A model generated the notes under the pieces. It was not told where the DNA came from and ran no database searches. It saw only the letters and a program-made list of their open reading frames with translations. 64,000 nucleotides of DNA, taken from IMG/VR virus record IMGVR_UViG_3300029915_000003; one strand, written 5' to 3'. The first letter of the stretch is position 1; every line of letters begins with the position of its first letter. Positions 31,128 through 40,050 of this stretch are shown here, piece by piece. The position numbers and the translations under genes were made by a program. This DNA is from a virus.

Positions 31128-31326
31128 TTTTTATTCTTCCTTTTGGGTTATAGGTTCTCTTATTACATTGATTAAAAACTTAACAACAAGATACACTAAA
31201 AAAACTTACTTGTCAAGCAAGACGGGTGGATTTTAAATAATTTGCAGCATTAACACAAAATTATCAATATCTTCCATTTTTTATTCTTCCTTTTGGGTTA
31301 TAGGTTCTCTTATTACATTGATTAAA
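31124..31326. repeat. 53-bp perfect direct repeat (31124-31176 and 31274-31326), duplicating the 3' end of dnaE
   Basis: CCATTTTTTATTCTTCCTTTTGGGTTATAGGTTCTCTTATTACATTGATTAAA occurs twice, 150 bp apart; partial third copy at ~30715-30737. Confidence 0.95.
31188..31216 (-). promoter_or_regulatory. sigma70-type promoter between the repeat copies
   Basis: TTGACA-17-TATCTT on the minus strand. Confidence 0.6.
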
Positions 31327-34300
31327 TCAAGTGAAGGATCTTTCCCCTTCTTTGATTTAGTTAAAACAGCAATAACTATACAGCCTGTCAAGTCTTTTTT
31401 GAAGGAAGATATTAACTCTCCTGTATTGTAATCTGGCCACTTTACCACTTTAATTTGTTGTCCAGCTACATCCAATACATACTCCGCAGCTTCCTTGGTT
31501 CCATGGTAAGTAAACAACCTATACTCCAAAACAACCGCCGCTACAGCCACTGTTGTCTTATTTGGCAATACGGGTAAATCTTCAAGCATAGACAAATAGG
31601 AGGGGTTAACAAACGGATATCGATCTAGGTAAACATACATCCGTTTTTCTTCATTCCTGGTAACATCCTGGATTTTAGAATCTACCATAATAGGAAGAAC
31701 AGATCCAGCAAAATAAGGCATAAGTTGTTTACGGTACTGGTATCGAGTCAAAGCGTCAAATTTAAGAAACTTTTGTTCTATTGATTTTTGTTTAGATCCA
31801 GTAATTAATGCTTTTTCTTGTTCATACAGTTGTAATTTAGACAATATGTCCATATTTTCAGGAAATAGAGAATCAGCAATACCAGATATAATCAAATTAT
31901 AAGCAACCTTGCGATTTATAGCAGAGTGAGCTTTTTTAATCTTTGGTGGTTCGTTAGGAGTGGAGAATAGGTCTATTTGTTTGGATTCCTTAACCTCTGG
32001 CTCTATTGTAGTTCCATTGGCAATACTTTCGTTTTCTATCTTTTGCAAGAAATCCTTAATATCAGTAAATGGACCAAGCTTGGTCAATTCCAAATACGCC
32101 TTTTCTCCAACCCCCTCTAATAACCATAGCGGGGCTCTTAGTTTGTTTCCTTCTACGATAAAGCCAGAACCGGAGTATTTAATGTCCGGCAACAAAACAA
32201 AGCTAGAGCAATACTTCCAAAACTTTTCTTGTATTTCATTTCTATTAGAGTTGGAGAGAACAGCGCACCACCACTGCAAGGGGTAGAAATGTTTTAAATA
32301 GGCAGTAGCGTAAGCCGTAACTGCATAGCAGCAGGCATGGGACTTGTTGAAAGAATAACGACTAGAAGTCACCAATTGCTCCCAGACCTTTTCTCCCACT
32401 TCTTCCCCAACCGTATCCTTGGCTCCACGCATGAAAATTTCTTTATCTTTAAGGACCTTTTCGGTGTTTTTCTTGGATGCATGACTACGGAACCCTTCGG
32501 CTTCTACCGATGTAGCCCTACCTACCTCTCGAAAAACCTTAGAGGCAGTTTCTTGGAATACCAAAACCCCGTATGTATCGGGGGAAATATCTTGAAGTTC
32601 CTGAATCAAACCAATAGGTTTATCACCTTTGGCCCTTGCTACATATTCCTCCAACATGTTCCGAGATGTGGTTCCATCTGAAACAACAGCATCTAGTGTT
32701 CCTGGACGATCCAAAGCTGTAAATACAGCTATATCGGAAATACTGTTTATACCCATCTTTCCGTTTGATTTTTGAAAGTTGAATAACTGTAAGTATTTTT
32801 TCGCACCAGACGTGTTTAATTGAAAGACAGTTTCAGTTTTACCGTCTAATATATCTTTGAATACTTCATCTTTTTCTGGTAAATCCCATATATCATGTAA
32901 ATTACCCTCTAAATCAGGAACAAGCCTAAAACCAGGAACCCTACGACCATTTAAGGTGTGATCGTTTAGGTATTTAGGATCATTAGCTTGAATAATTTCT
33001 ATACACTTAGAGATATCTTCCAATATCTTAATTACCAGGAAGTCTATCTTAATACCACCAGCCTCTTCTACCTCGTCTTTGGTCCATTGGGTTGCGGTAA
33101 CTCCATCAATATTCATTGTAGGTAGGAAACTAGAGATAGGCATATCTCTGTCAGTGATTACATACCCTCCGGCGTGTACCCCTTTGCCCTTTACCAAAGA
33201 TAGGGCAAGTTTTGCTGTTTCCCATGCTTCGGGATAATTCAATACAAACTCTTTAAGGGCTGGATCGGTGTCTATAGCCCCTGGAACGAAGTCTTCATCC
33301 TTGGGTTGGTACCCAAACACATGGGCTTGGTCTGTAACGCCCTGAGGGGCATCCGCCATGCGTTTAGTCAAGGCATGGACCTCTTTAGAGACCTCACCGT
33401 AAAGAGCCCTACATACATCCTTAATAGCTGATTTCAAGCGGAGGGTACCATTTGTAGAAATCTTAGCTACATGGTTCTTACCAAACCTACGCTCTAGGAA
33501 GCCAGGACGACCTTCGGTGCCATCAAGAATATCTCTATTGAATAAATCATGGTCAATGTCAGGATAAGAACCGCCCTGGATACGATCTGGAGTAATAAAT
33601 CGAGATAAAGACAAATCATCTTTAAATGGATCTACATGGGTAATACCCAATAGATAAGCAATAAATACGCCAGCTGCGCTGCCCCTTCCTGGACCAGTAA
33701 GAAGACGGGCCTTTTCATATTCAGACAAAACCTCTTCCTGCGTAAAGAAATATGGCAAGAAGTCAGTAACACCATTCTTTTGTAGTAAAACAACCTCTTC
33801 CTTGAGACGTTCTACATATTTAGGGTTACTCCAGTCCATCCTTCCATGCTTACGGATCAACTCAAATAGATACTTTACTGTATCGTGAGGATAGAATTGG
33901 GCTGGAAGTGACTTCTTATCTTGAAACTTAAAGTCCTTAAAACCAGAAGCCCAATTACGGCTATTCTCCACCCAAGAACGGAACTCATCCTCTTGTATCC
34001 CCATGTTTTGATTGAAAAATTCAAAACACTCGCTGGAGCTTTTACGCCAATAACCTTCTGAAAAGTGCCAATTGCCAGACTGTAATAGTCTAACCTTTTG
34101 AACAACCACATGTTCAGGAATAGCTACGTGGGAATCGTCTGATACTACAATTGGATCCCCATATTTTTTAGCTAAATCTATAACAAATTGATTGGCACCT
34201 ATTTGCACGGCTCCATTGGGAGCGTATGGGGAGCATTCATTTTGTATGAATCCCTCCACCAGACGTATATTATTAAAATGAAACGGCTCTTCTTCAGTCA

Positions 34301-35108
34301 AAACCTTATAACGAAAGGTTCCGACCAGCCTATAATCGGCTTGTTTGTCCTTGAAACGCTTAGCGAGCGTCTTTCCGTCAATTTCATGACGCTTTCCTTT
34401 TGCATCTAGGACCAAAAGACGTTTATTTGGATGCAACCGTTTTTCGGTACCATCTGGATTGATTAAATATAGAGATTCCTCCCAGTTAGTATCACATTTA
34501 TGTGGAAATACTTCCACAATAAAGTTTCCAGGTTTAACAATAGACCGTAGCTTTTCGTAGTATTTAACAGCGATATCTGGACGGTTCAGAGCAAGGTGGC
34601 CTTGAACAGCCCCAATTAAGCAGCTAGAGCCCATAGTCACGTTCTTGGACCCAAGCTCTTCAAGTTCTTCCCAGCCGAAGATCGGCTTCTTCTCAGATCC
34701 CCACGTTTCTGCCGTTTCGTCTGCAATTGAGATAAGACGTGCCGCTGTCTGGAAGGCTTCATAGTCCTTAAAATGCATTGTTACGTGAAAGTATTTACGA
34801 TAATCAATATACGATAATTGGTCTTTGGTTGGACCCTTTTCGGCTATTGTCTTGGATACACCCATAGACTTGAGAATTTCACACTCACGAGGGCGTAAAT
34901 ACGACTCCAAACCAAGTATTGGGGTAATCTTAGCCTTTTTAGCTAAATCGTAAATCTTGCGAACGCCAGCAAGAGTTCCATGGTCCGTAGTAGTAATATA
35001 GCCAGTGTTCAGGTCCAATTCTCTACGCAAAAAAGATTCTGGTGTTGAGCCAGAATCAAGAGAAAGGGTGTGACAATGTGGTGTAACTAGTGGATCGAAA
35101 TCTTTCAT
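31281..35108 (-). CDS. dnaE: DNA polymerase III alpha subunit (family C)
   Basis: PHP motifs HCH/TDHG/DSH, GPGRGSAAG, PDIDHD, KIDFL, YSFNKSHA, C-terminal OB fold. Confidence 0.95.
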   Translation of the reverse strand: MKDFDPLVTPHCHTLSLDSGSTPESFLRRELDLNTGYITTTDHGTLAGVRKIYDLAKKAKITPILGLESYLRPRECEILKSMGVSKTIAEKGPTKDQLSYIDYRKYFHVTMHFKDYEAFQTAARLISIADETAETWGSEKKPIFGWEELEELGSKNVTMGSSCLIGAVQGHLALNRPDIAVKYYEKLRSIVKPGNFIVEVFPHKCDTNWEESLYLINPDGTEKRLHPNKRLLVLDAKGKRHEIDGKTLAKRFKDKQADYRLVGTFRYKVLTEEEPFHFNNIRLVEGFIQNECSPYAPNGAVQIGANQFVIDLAKKYGDPIVVSDDSHVAIPEHVVVQKVRLLQSGNWHFSEGYWRKSSSECFEFFNQNMGIQEDEFRSWVENSRNWASGFKDFKFQDKKSLPAQFYPHDTVKYLFELIRKHGRMDWSNPKYVERLKEEVVLLQKNGVTDFLPYFFTQEEVLSEYEKARLLTGPGRGSAAGVFIAYLLGITHVDPFKDDLSLSRFITPDRIQGGSYPDIDHDLFNRDILDGTEGRPGFLERRFGKNHVAKISTNGTLRLKSAIKDVCRALYGEVSKEVHALTKRMADAPQGVTDQAHVFGYQPKDEDFVPGAIDTDPALKEFVLNYPEAWETAKLALSLVKGKGVHAGGYVITDRDMPISSFLPTMNIDGVTATQWTKDEVEEAGGIKIDFLVIKILEDISKCIEIIQANDPKYLNDHTLNGRRVPGFRLVPDLEGNLHDIWDLPEKDEVFKDILDGKTETVFQLNTSGAKKYLQLFNFQKSNGKMGINSISDIAVFTALDRPGTLDAVVSDGTTSRNMLEEYVARAKGDKPIGLIQELQDISPDTYGVLVFQETASKVFREVGRATSVEAEGFRSHASKKNTEKVLKDKEIFMRGAKDTVGEEVGEKVWEQLVTSSRYSFNKSHACCYAVTAYATAYLKHFYPLQWWCAVLSNSNRNEIQEKFWKYCSSFVLLPDIKYSGSGFIVEGNKLRAPLWLLEGVGEKAYLELTKLGPFTDIKDFLQKIENESIANGTTIEPEVKESKQIDLFSTPNEPPKIKKAHSAINRKVAYNLIISGIADSLFPENMDILSKLQLYEQEKALITGSKQKSIEQKFLKFDALTRYQYRKQLMPYFAGSVLPIMVDSKIQDVTRNEEKRMYVYLDRYPFVNPSYLSMLEDLPVLPNKTTVAVAAVVLEYRLFTYHGTKEAAEYVLDVAGQQIKVVKWPDYNTGELISSFKKDLTGCIVIAVLTKSKKGKDPSLDLINVIREPITQKEE

Positions 35109-35117
35109 TGGTTAATC

Positions 35118-35146
35118 AATGTAGCACAACGACCAACACTAGTCAA
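35118..35146 (-). promoter_or_regulatory. sigma70-type promoter of dnaE
   Basis: TTGACT-17-TACATT, 9 nt before the ATG. Confidence 0.6.
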
Positions 35147-35581
35147 CTAACCATTGAGGAATCTTAAGAATCCATGCAAAAAATCACTAATTCTATTGAA
35201 TTCCAAAGAAACCAAAAACCACAAAGGAAAATAATGCCAATTAATCATACCTAGTATGCTTCCAGAACCTTTGTATTCCCAGGGGTTTCTATCTGTGAAT
35301 CTTTTATAAATAAAAGCCCATATGAATTCAGAACTGTATATAACTAAAACATACAATATGGAGGTCAAAAACCAACCACAATGCATATTCACCTTAAGAC
35401 ACTCTAAGGCCATACCAGCTGTACTATATACAGGTATTACGCTAAGATGACTGTACGTTACAAAGTGTACATCTCTATGTTTTATATAGGATTTTAGACC
35501 GGTAAATAGGTTTTCAAGTAATAAACCTACAACCCCTATGGCCAGAGCGTGTTGTAGCCATAGAAGTTGCATAGGAATCAC
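35147..35581 (-). CDS. membrane protein, CmpB/TMEM229-like (putative ABC transporter permease family)
   Basis: Four hydrophobic segments; EF..(PW)EY..G.I.W..FPLW pattern. Confidence 0.6.
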   Translation of the reverse strand: MIPMQLLWLQHALAIGVVGLLLENLFTGLKSYIKHRDVHFVTYSHLSVIPVYSTAGMALECLKVNMHCGWFLTSILYVLVIYSSEFIWAFIYKRFTDRNPWEYKGSGSILGMINWHYFPLWFLVSLEFNRISDFLHGFLRFLNG

Positions 35582-35598
35582 CCTATGTTTAAATATTA

Positions 35599-35946
35599 CT
35601 AGAGATTTTTATGCAAATGAGGTAATGAAAGTAAAATAGTATTAAATAGTTTATCTATAGTGGGATCCCAAGACTTTTCTACACTATTTTCCATGATTAT
35701 TTGCTGTAGATAGGCTAGAAGGTCCAAAGCCTCCATTAAGGCATCAGCTCTGGCGTTACGACCATTAAAGGGCATCAAAGGAACACCATACCTTTTAATT
35801 CCAACCTCATTACGCTCTACCATTAAATCTATAATAGATTCTGGAAGATCTACATTTCGGGCCTTTTCAAGAACCTCATGCCAACAACTATTAAAATCAG
35901 CAGACTTATTGACTGGTTCTGGTTGGTCCAGACTATAAGCTTCCAC
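35599..35946 (-). CDS. all-alpha NTP pyrophosphohydrolase-like protein
   Basis: R.EVGIKRYG..L...DALMEALDLLAYL pattern of phage MazG-like/dNTP diphosphohydrolase proteins. Confidence 0.5.
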   Translation of the reverse strand: MEAYSLDQPEPVNKSADFNSCWHEVLEKARNVDLPESIIDLMVERNEVGIKRYGVPLMPFNGRNARADALMEALDLLAYLQQIIMENSVEKSWDPTIDKLFNTILLSLPHLHKNL

Positions 35947-36248
35947 TAAATAACTCCTAGGATTACCCTGAGTTTACTTACTATGTCTGAATATAATTCA
36001 TCCAGGTCTTCAGTGGAAATAAGAAGACTTTGAGCTATAGTGTGATCTGGTATTGGACCATCAAAACGTTCAATCATCTTATCCAAAGAATAACCATAAC
36101 GTTTGCAGTACACGTAATCAGGATCGGTATGTATTTTTTCTCTTATCTCTTTAGGGTTTAAGGACACTAGGGACTCGAAACTGTAAAATCTTTGCGGTTG
36201 CGGGAGGAGGTTTGGACTTATTGATGCGTTCAAGTGTTTTAAGTTCAT
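35946..36248 (-). CDS. small protein with sigma-region-4-like HTH (possible late-transcription coactivator)
   Basis: PDHTIAQSLLISTEDLDELYSDIVSKLR aligns by eye to the sigma70 region 4.2 pattern. Confidence 0.45.
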   Translation of the reverse strand: MNLKHLNASISPNLLPQPQRFYSFESLVSLNPKEIREKIHTDPDYVYCKRYGYSLDKMIERFDGPIPDHTIAQSLLISTEDLDELYSDIVSKLRVILGVI

Positions 36249-36537
36249 CCTCTATTTTCTTCTTTTGATTATTAGCCTGTTGACAATCTTGTTTGGTTTT
36301 AGCTAGGCATTCCTTGATTTTAATAATATCTTCCTTGGTCTTTAAGTACTCAAACATCTTGACTATCTTGGCGTCTTTCATGTTCCGATGGTGTTTTGTT
36401 AGCTTTTTCAGCTCAGAAACCAATTCAACTGAAAAAACAGACATTTTGGTTATAATGTCATTTACACCGCTAAGTTTGATATTTACGTCAAGTATATCTG
36501 AATCAATCTGTCCCATACCATTAATATTGGCAGTCAT
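36151..36537 (-). CDS. coiled-coil hypothetical protein
   Basis: 128 aa; abuts the upstream stop. Confidence 0.55.
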   Translation of the reverse strand: MTANINGMGQIDSDILDVNIKLSGVNDIITKMSVFSVELVSELKKLTKHHRNMKDAKIVKMFEYLKTKEDIIKIKECLAKTKQDCQQANNQKKKIEDELKTLERINKSKPPPATAKILQFRVPSVLKP

Positions 36538-37791
36538 CTAAGCTGGGAAACCGGGCCAAGCAGGTATAATGGAGTCCAAAGTAGTATCACGGTCTGTTTC
36601 TTCAGATACTTCAATAAACCTATAGTCGCCAAAGGGATGATCTGGGACTGATTCCCATAGAGTTTGACCATTGGCCATATCCATAGAACCTATAGATTGG
36701 GAGTAAGGATCCGGAGGAATAAGGGCTCCGTTTGTAATAATTACCTTGTGGGGTAGTCTTACTACCGAAGCTGTATGTACGTGCCCTACGGCAAACATAT
36801 CATAAGACACACCCAACGGCTTAGCGGCATTTATCTTATTTGTTTGATTTTCCAATGATTTAATGTTGATATTACTGGAAGGGAACCCTACATTGAGGAC
36901 AGTATCACCGTGAGTTAAAAACAAATGAGAATTATGAATAGGTACATCTACGTATGGAGTTAGGGGTATATGGAACCTAACATTTGACAATCCAATCGTA
37001 GCCCTATAAACTCCATAGTATATATCCATTTCATTGGAATCCCACTTTTGGTCTACGCCCCGGTCTTTGTGACGGGACTTATCTCTTCCGTGGTTACCAG
37101 TGGTACAATAGACATCAACCAATGGAAATTCCTTGCTAAATATCTTAACGGCTTTTTCTATTAGCCACATAGCCCTAGCAACCTGTTCTCTAACAGGAGC
37201 GCCCTGGCGAGGATCGTGTAGGCATCCTTGAATTATATCCCCTCCAAGCAATAAGTTTAACTTGGTTTCTTTTCGATATTGGGGCTTATAATTAACCGTC
37301 TCTAATATAACCTTTGAAAACCTACGAGCCTCTTCAGTCTTGCCATAAGGCAGGGGACATTCTGCTCCATTTAGGTCTGAACCGAAGTGGGTGTCAGATA
37401 TAAACAGAGTAACCTCCCTGGTGGTCTTTACGTTGACCTTTTTGATATTAGGAGGGGTCCATTTATAATTTGAAAACCCCTTATCGATATAATTACAAAG
37501 ATCTTCCCCTACTACTTGTCGGAAAATAGCCTCCTCTTTGGTCTTTTTGACTGTTTTTGCGGTTGTCTTGTCCCGTTTGGACTCTATGTCTGATTCGGTA
37601 ATAGGAGTAAAAAGGGTATTTCTAAATTCATTGAACTTTTTGGAACCCAACTTGGACCAATATTCAATCAATGAATGATTATAACCGGTTTCGTTTTCCA
37701 GAATGTCTTTAAATTCCTTTAAAGTAATCCTGGATGGCTCTGTCGAATGAGCCAATATCAGTTTTTCTGTTATTTTACGGGGTTGAGACAT
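36538..37791 (-). CDS. calcineurin-like metallophosphoesterase with N-terminal extension
   Basis: SDTHFG, GGDII, GNHGR, THGD, GHVH motifs. Confidence 0.85.
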   Translation of the reverse strand: MSQPRKITEKLILAHSTEPSRITLKEFKDILENETGYNHSLIEYWSKLGSKKFNEFRNTLFTPITESDIESKRDKTTAKTVKKTKEEAIFRQVVGEDLCNYIDKGFSNYKWTPPNIKKVNVKTTREVTLFISDTHFGSDLNGAECPLPYGKTEEARRFSKVILETVNYKPQYRKETKLNLLLGGDIIQGCLHDPRQGAPVREQVARAMWLIEKAVKIFSKEFPLVDVYCTTGNHGRDKSRHKDRGVDQKWDSNEMDIYYGVYRATIGLSNVRFHIPLTPYVDVPIHNSHLFLTHGDTVLNVGFPSSNINIKSLENQTNKINAAKPLGVSYDMFAVGHVHTASVVRLPHKVIITNGALIPPDPYSQSIGSMDMANGQTLWESVPDHPFGDYRFIEVSEETDRDTTLDSIIPAWPGFPA

Positions 37792-38399
37792 TAAGCTACC
37801 GCCTGGGTTGATTCCTTACTGGCAGCAGCCTTCTGTAGAGCCTCTTGATCTACATCCCAAAGCTCTAGAACCTCGGTACGGACGCCCGGTTGAACACTGA
37901 AGGTGTCTCCAACCTTCTTTCCAGCAACGAGAGCCTTGTATTCGTCCTTAAAGTCTACAAACTTAGTTAGGGCAAAGCCAGGACCGATTACTTTCTCGGG
38001 TGTCGTCTCGGTAGCCTCAGCAACGTCTCGAGTGACAAGAAATGTTAATTCTGACACGCTCTCGGCAGTACGAACCAGCCCCTGAGTCTTCCAACCCTCT
38101 AGCATGGCTTTTTGATTGTCAGCTTCAGTTTTAGCCTTGACTTCCCGATTTTCCTTAATACGATTGGAAATCAGATCGGCAATGTCACTTTTTAGAGTTG
38201 TACCGATAACTTCTACCATTGCTGTAATAATTTCAGATTGAAGACCAATGGCTTCTTTGTGATTCTTACTCATCTTATTGAAGCCAGCTTGTGTTTGCTC
38301 TAATAGATTGACAACATCTTTTTGGACGCCCTCTAATTGTTGCTCTAGAGCTAGTTGCTTTGTTTTCATACCGCTGAAGGGGATTTTAGGTGAAGACAT
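37791..38399 (-). CDS. coiled-coil protein with C-terminal GreA/FKBP-like domain
   Basis: KALVAGKKVGDTFSVQPGVRTEVLEL resembles the Gre factor C-terminal / FKBP-type pattern. Confidence 0.4.
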   Translation of the reverse strand: MSSPKIPFSGMKTKQLALEQQLEGVQKDVVNLLEQTQAGFNKMSKNHKEAIGLQSEIITAMVEVIGTTLKSDIADLISNRIKENREVKAKTEADNQKAMLEGWKTQGLVRTAESVSELTFLVTRDVAEATETTPEKVIGPGFALTKFVDFKDEYKALVAGKKVGDTFSVQPGVRTEVLELWDVDQEALQKAAASKESTQAVA

Positions 38400-38423
38400 T
38401 TTATTGGATTCCTTTGTTTTGGT

Positions 38424-39380
38424 TTATTCTTCTACTACATTACGAGTCATTCCACGTTGGACTAATCCAGCAACGCTACTTTCAGCCACTCCAGAACGAA
38501 GACCTGGAACCGCTGACACATTTAAAGCAGCTATTCTTTGATTGTATTGAGTTTGAGCATGAGCACTTGCGTTTAAATTAGTTTCCCATTCCTGTTTCGA
38601 AGGGGCTGGTTTCATTTGAGAGGTGTCGGTGGGGTATACTTGACCACTCTTGGTTACTTCTACTTCTTTTTCATACACTTCATTAGTTTCTATATTATGG
38701 ACTAAAGCCTTCCTGGTTTCAACTGTTTTTTTAAACTTGGCTTTAGGTGTTTTAACCTTAACGGGCTCAACAGGAGGATTTTTTGATTTCTTTTCCTTGA
38801 CCATTTGAAGACCAGACTTAGTTTTTACCAAAATACGAGGAGGTTTAGTCTCCACCGATGGTGTTGGGGGAGGCAGGGTCTCTGGTTCTTTGACTGTGGG
38901 CTTCTTGGCTTTTGGTTTCTTAGGAGCGTCAGGAGGCTTGGGGGACATTTCGGGCTTCGGGGGTAGGCTTTGAGCCATGCTACTGGCGAACTGCACTATA
39001 TTGGGCTCTGGAGGCTTAATTTCAGACATTGGAGAGGGGCTGGAACCCATGATCTTGGCGGCTAGGATCTTTAAAGCTAAAATCTCTTCCCTGGTAAGGC
39101 CACTATTGGTATCTTGCTGTTTTAGACCAAACAGACTTTCTATTTCTGATTTGGCAAAATTCTTAAGTTTGTCAGATATGTAAACGGTAATACGATTTTG
39201 CTCTTCAAATAATACAGTGTTGATAAACTCTTGTAAATACTTGATAATTTCTACTCTAGATTCTATTTCGGCAGCAAAATTTGTAGTTGTAGCATGAACA
39301 GGGACAACACCCCTAACCTGTGGCTTAATAGGTTGGGGTGTCTCCTCTTCTATTTCTGTGTCAAAAGCTGATTCGTTCAT
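38424..39380 (-). CDS. hypothetical protein with Pro/Lys-rich disordered linker
   Basis: 318-aa ORF. Confidence 0.6.
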   Translation of the reverse strand: MNESAFDTEIEEETPQPIKPQVRGVVPVHATTTNFAAEIESRVEIIKYLQEFINTVLFEEQNRITVYISDKLKNFAKSEIESLFGLKQQDTNSGLTREEILALKILAAKIMGSSPSPMSEIKPPEPNIVQFASSMAQSLPPKPEMSPKPPDAPKKPKAKKPTVKEPETLPPPTPSVETKPPRILVKTKSGLQMVKEKKSKNPPVEPVKVKTPKAKFKKTVETRKALVHNIETNEVYEKEVEVTKSGQVYPTDTSQMKPAPSKQEWETNLNASAHAQTQYNQRIAALNVSAVPGLRSGVAESSVAGLVQRGMTRNVVEE

Positions 39381-39400
39381 CTAAATATACCCTATCAGAC

Positions 39401-40048
39401 TTACTTCTTAAAGTCAACATCTATTACCACGGGAGCATGGATAGGTCGGTAATACTCGTCTACGGAAGACACATTGTAATAGGAGATCCCGTTTTGGTCT
39501 GTACTTCCACGACCCTCATGGATGTGACCAAAAACTACAACTTTTGGCTTAACCTCTTGTATTTTATAAAGCAAAGCCAAAGATCCTACACTTAAGCCAC
39601 CATCACGTCCAACATAATCTAAAATACCATACGGCGGACCGTGACTAATTACAAGGTCGGTATCTGCACTCATCGCTTCAAAATGTTTTGTAAGTTGAGT
39701 ATCTGTACCCATAAAAGTCCAATTATAGAAATTGGGAGTATACGGAGTACCAAATATTTTAACACCATTTATTTCTATATTTTCATTAATTAGCAATTTA
39801 ATACCAGCATCATTAAATTGTACTTTAGTCAAATCAGGAGCAGACTCAACAAATCTATCGTGATTACCAGGAACACAAACTACACCATAGGTATAGTTTT
39901 GTTTTACAGAAGACATCCACTTTATAAAATAAAAAGTCTCTACATATGCTCCCCCTCCAGACCAATCCCCACAATGAACCAAAAGATCTCCATGGGGTAG
40001 ATCTTTGAGTTCATAGCCATGGGTATCACTTATTAATACTATTTTCAT
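39401..40048 (-). CDS. metallophosphoesterase (MPPED/239FB-like)
   Basis: ISDTH, HCGD, PGNHD, SHGPP, FGHIHE; start at MKIVLISD (40048). Confidence 0.88.
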   Translation of the reverse strand: MKIVLISDTHGYELKDLPHGDLLVHCGDWSGGGAYVETFYFIKWMSSVKQNYTYGVVCVPGNHDRFVESAPDLTKVQFNDAGIKLLINENIEINGVKIFGTPYTPNFYNWTFMGTDTQLTKHFEAMSADTDLVISHGPPYGILDYVGRDGGLSVGSLALLYKIQEVKPKVVVFGHIHEGRGSTDQNGISYYNVSSVDEYYRPIHAPVVIDVDFKK

Positions 40049-40050
40049 TT

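Noticed and set aside
31124-31326. Repeat as a CRISPR array or attachment site
   Set aside because: Only two full 53-bp copies with a 97-bp spacer; the sequence is the dnaE 3' end; no cas or integrase gene in the window.
34250-34500. Insertion in the DnaE PHP region as a mini-intein
   Set aside because: No Cys/Ser start with block A, no TxxH and no HN/C junction; it looks like an ordinary domain insertion.
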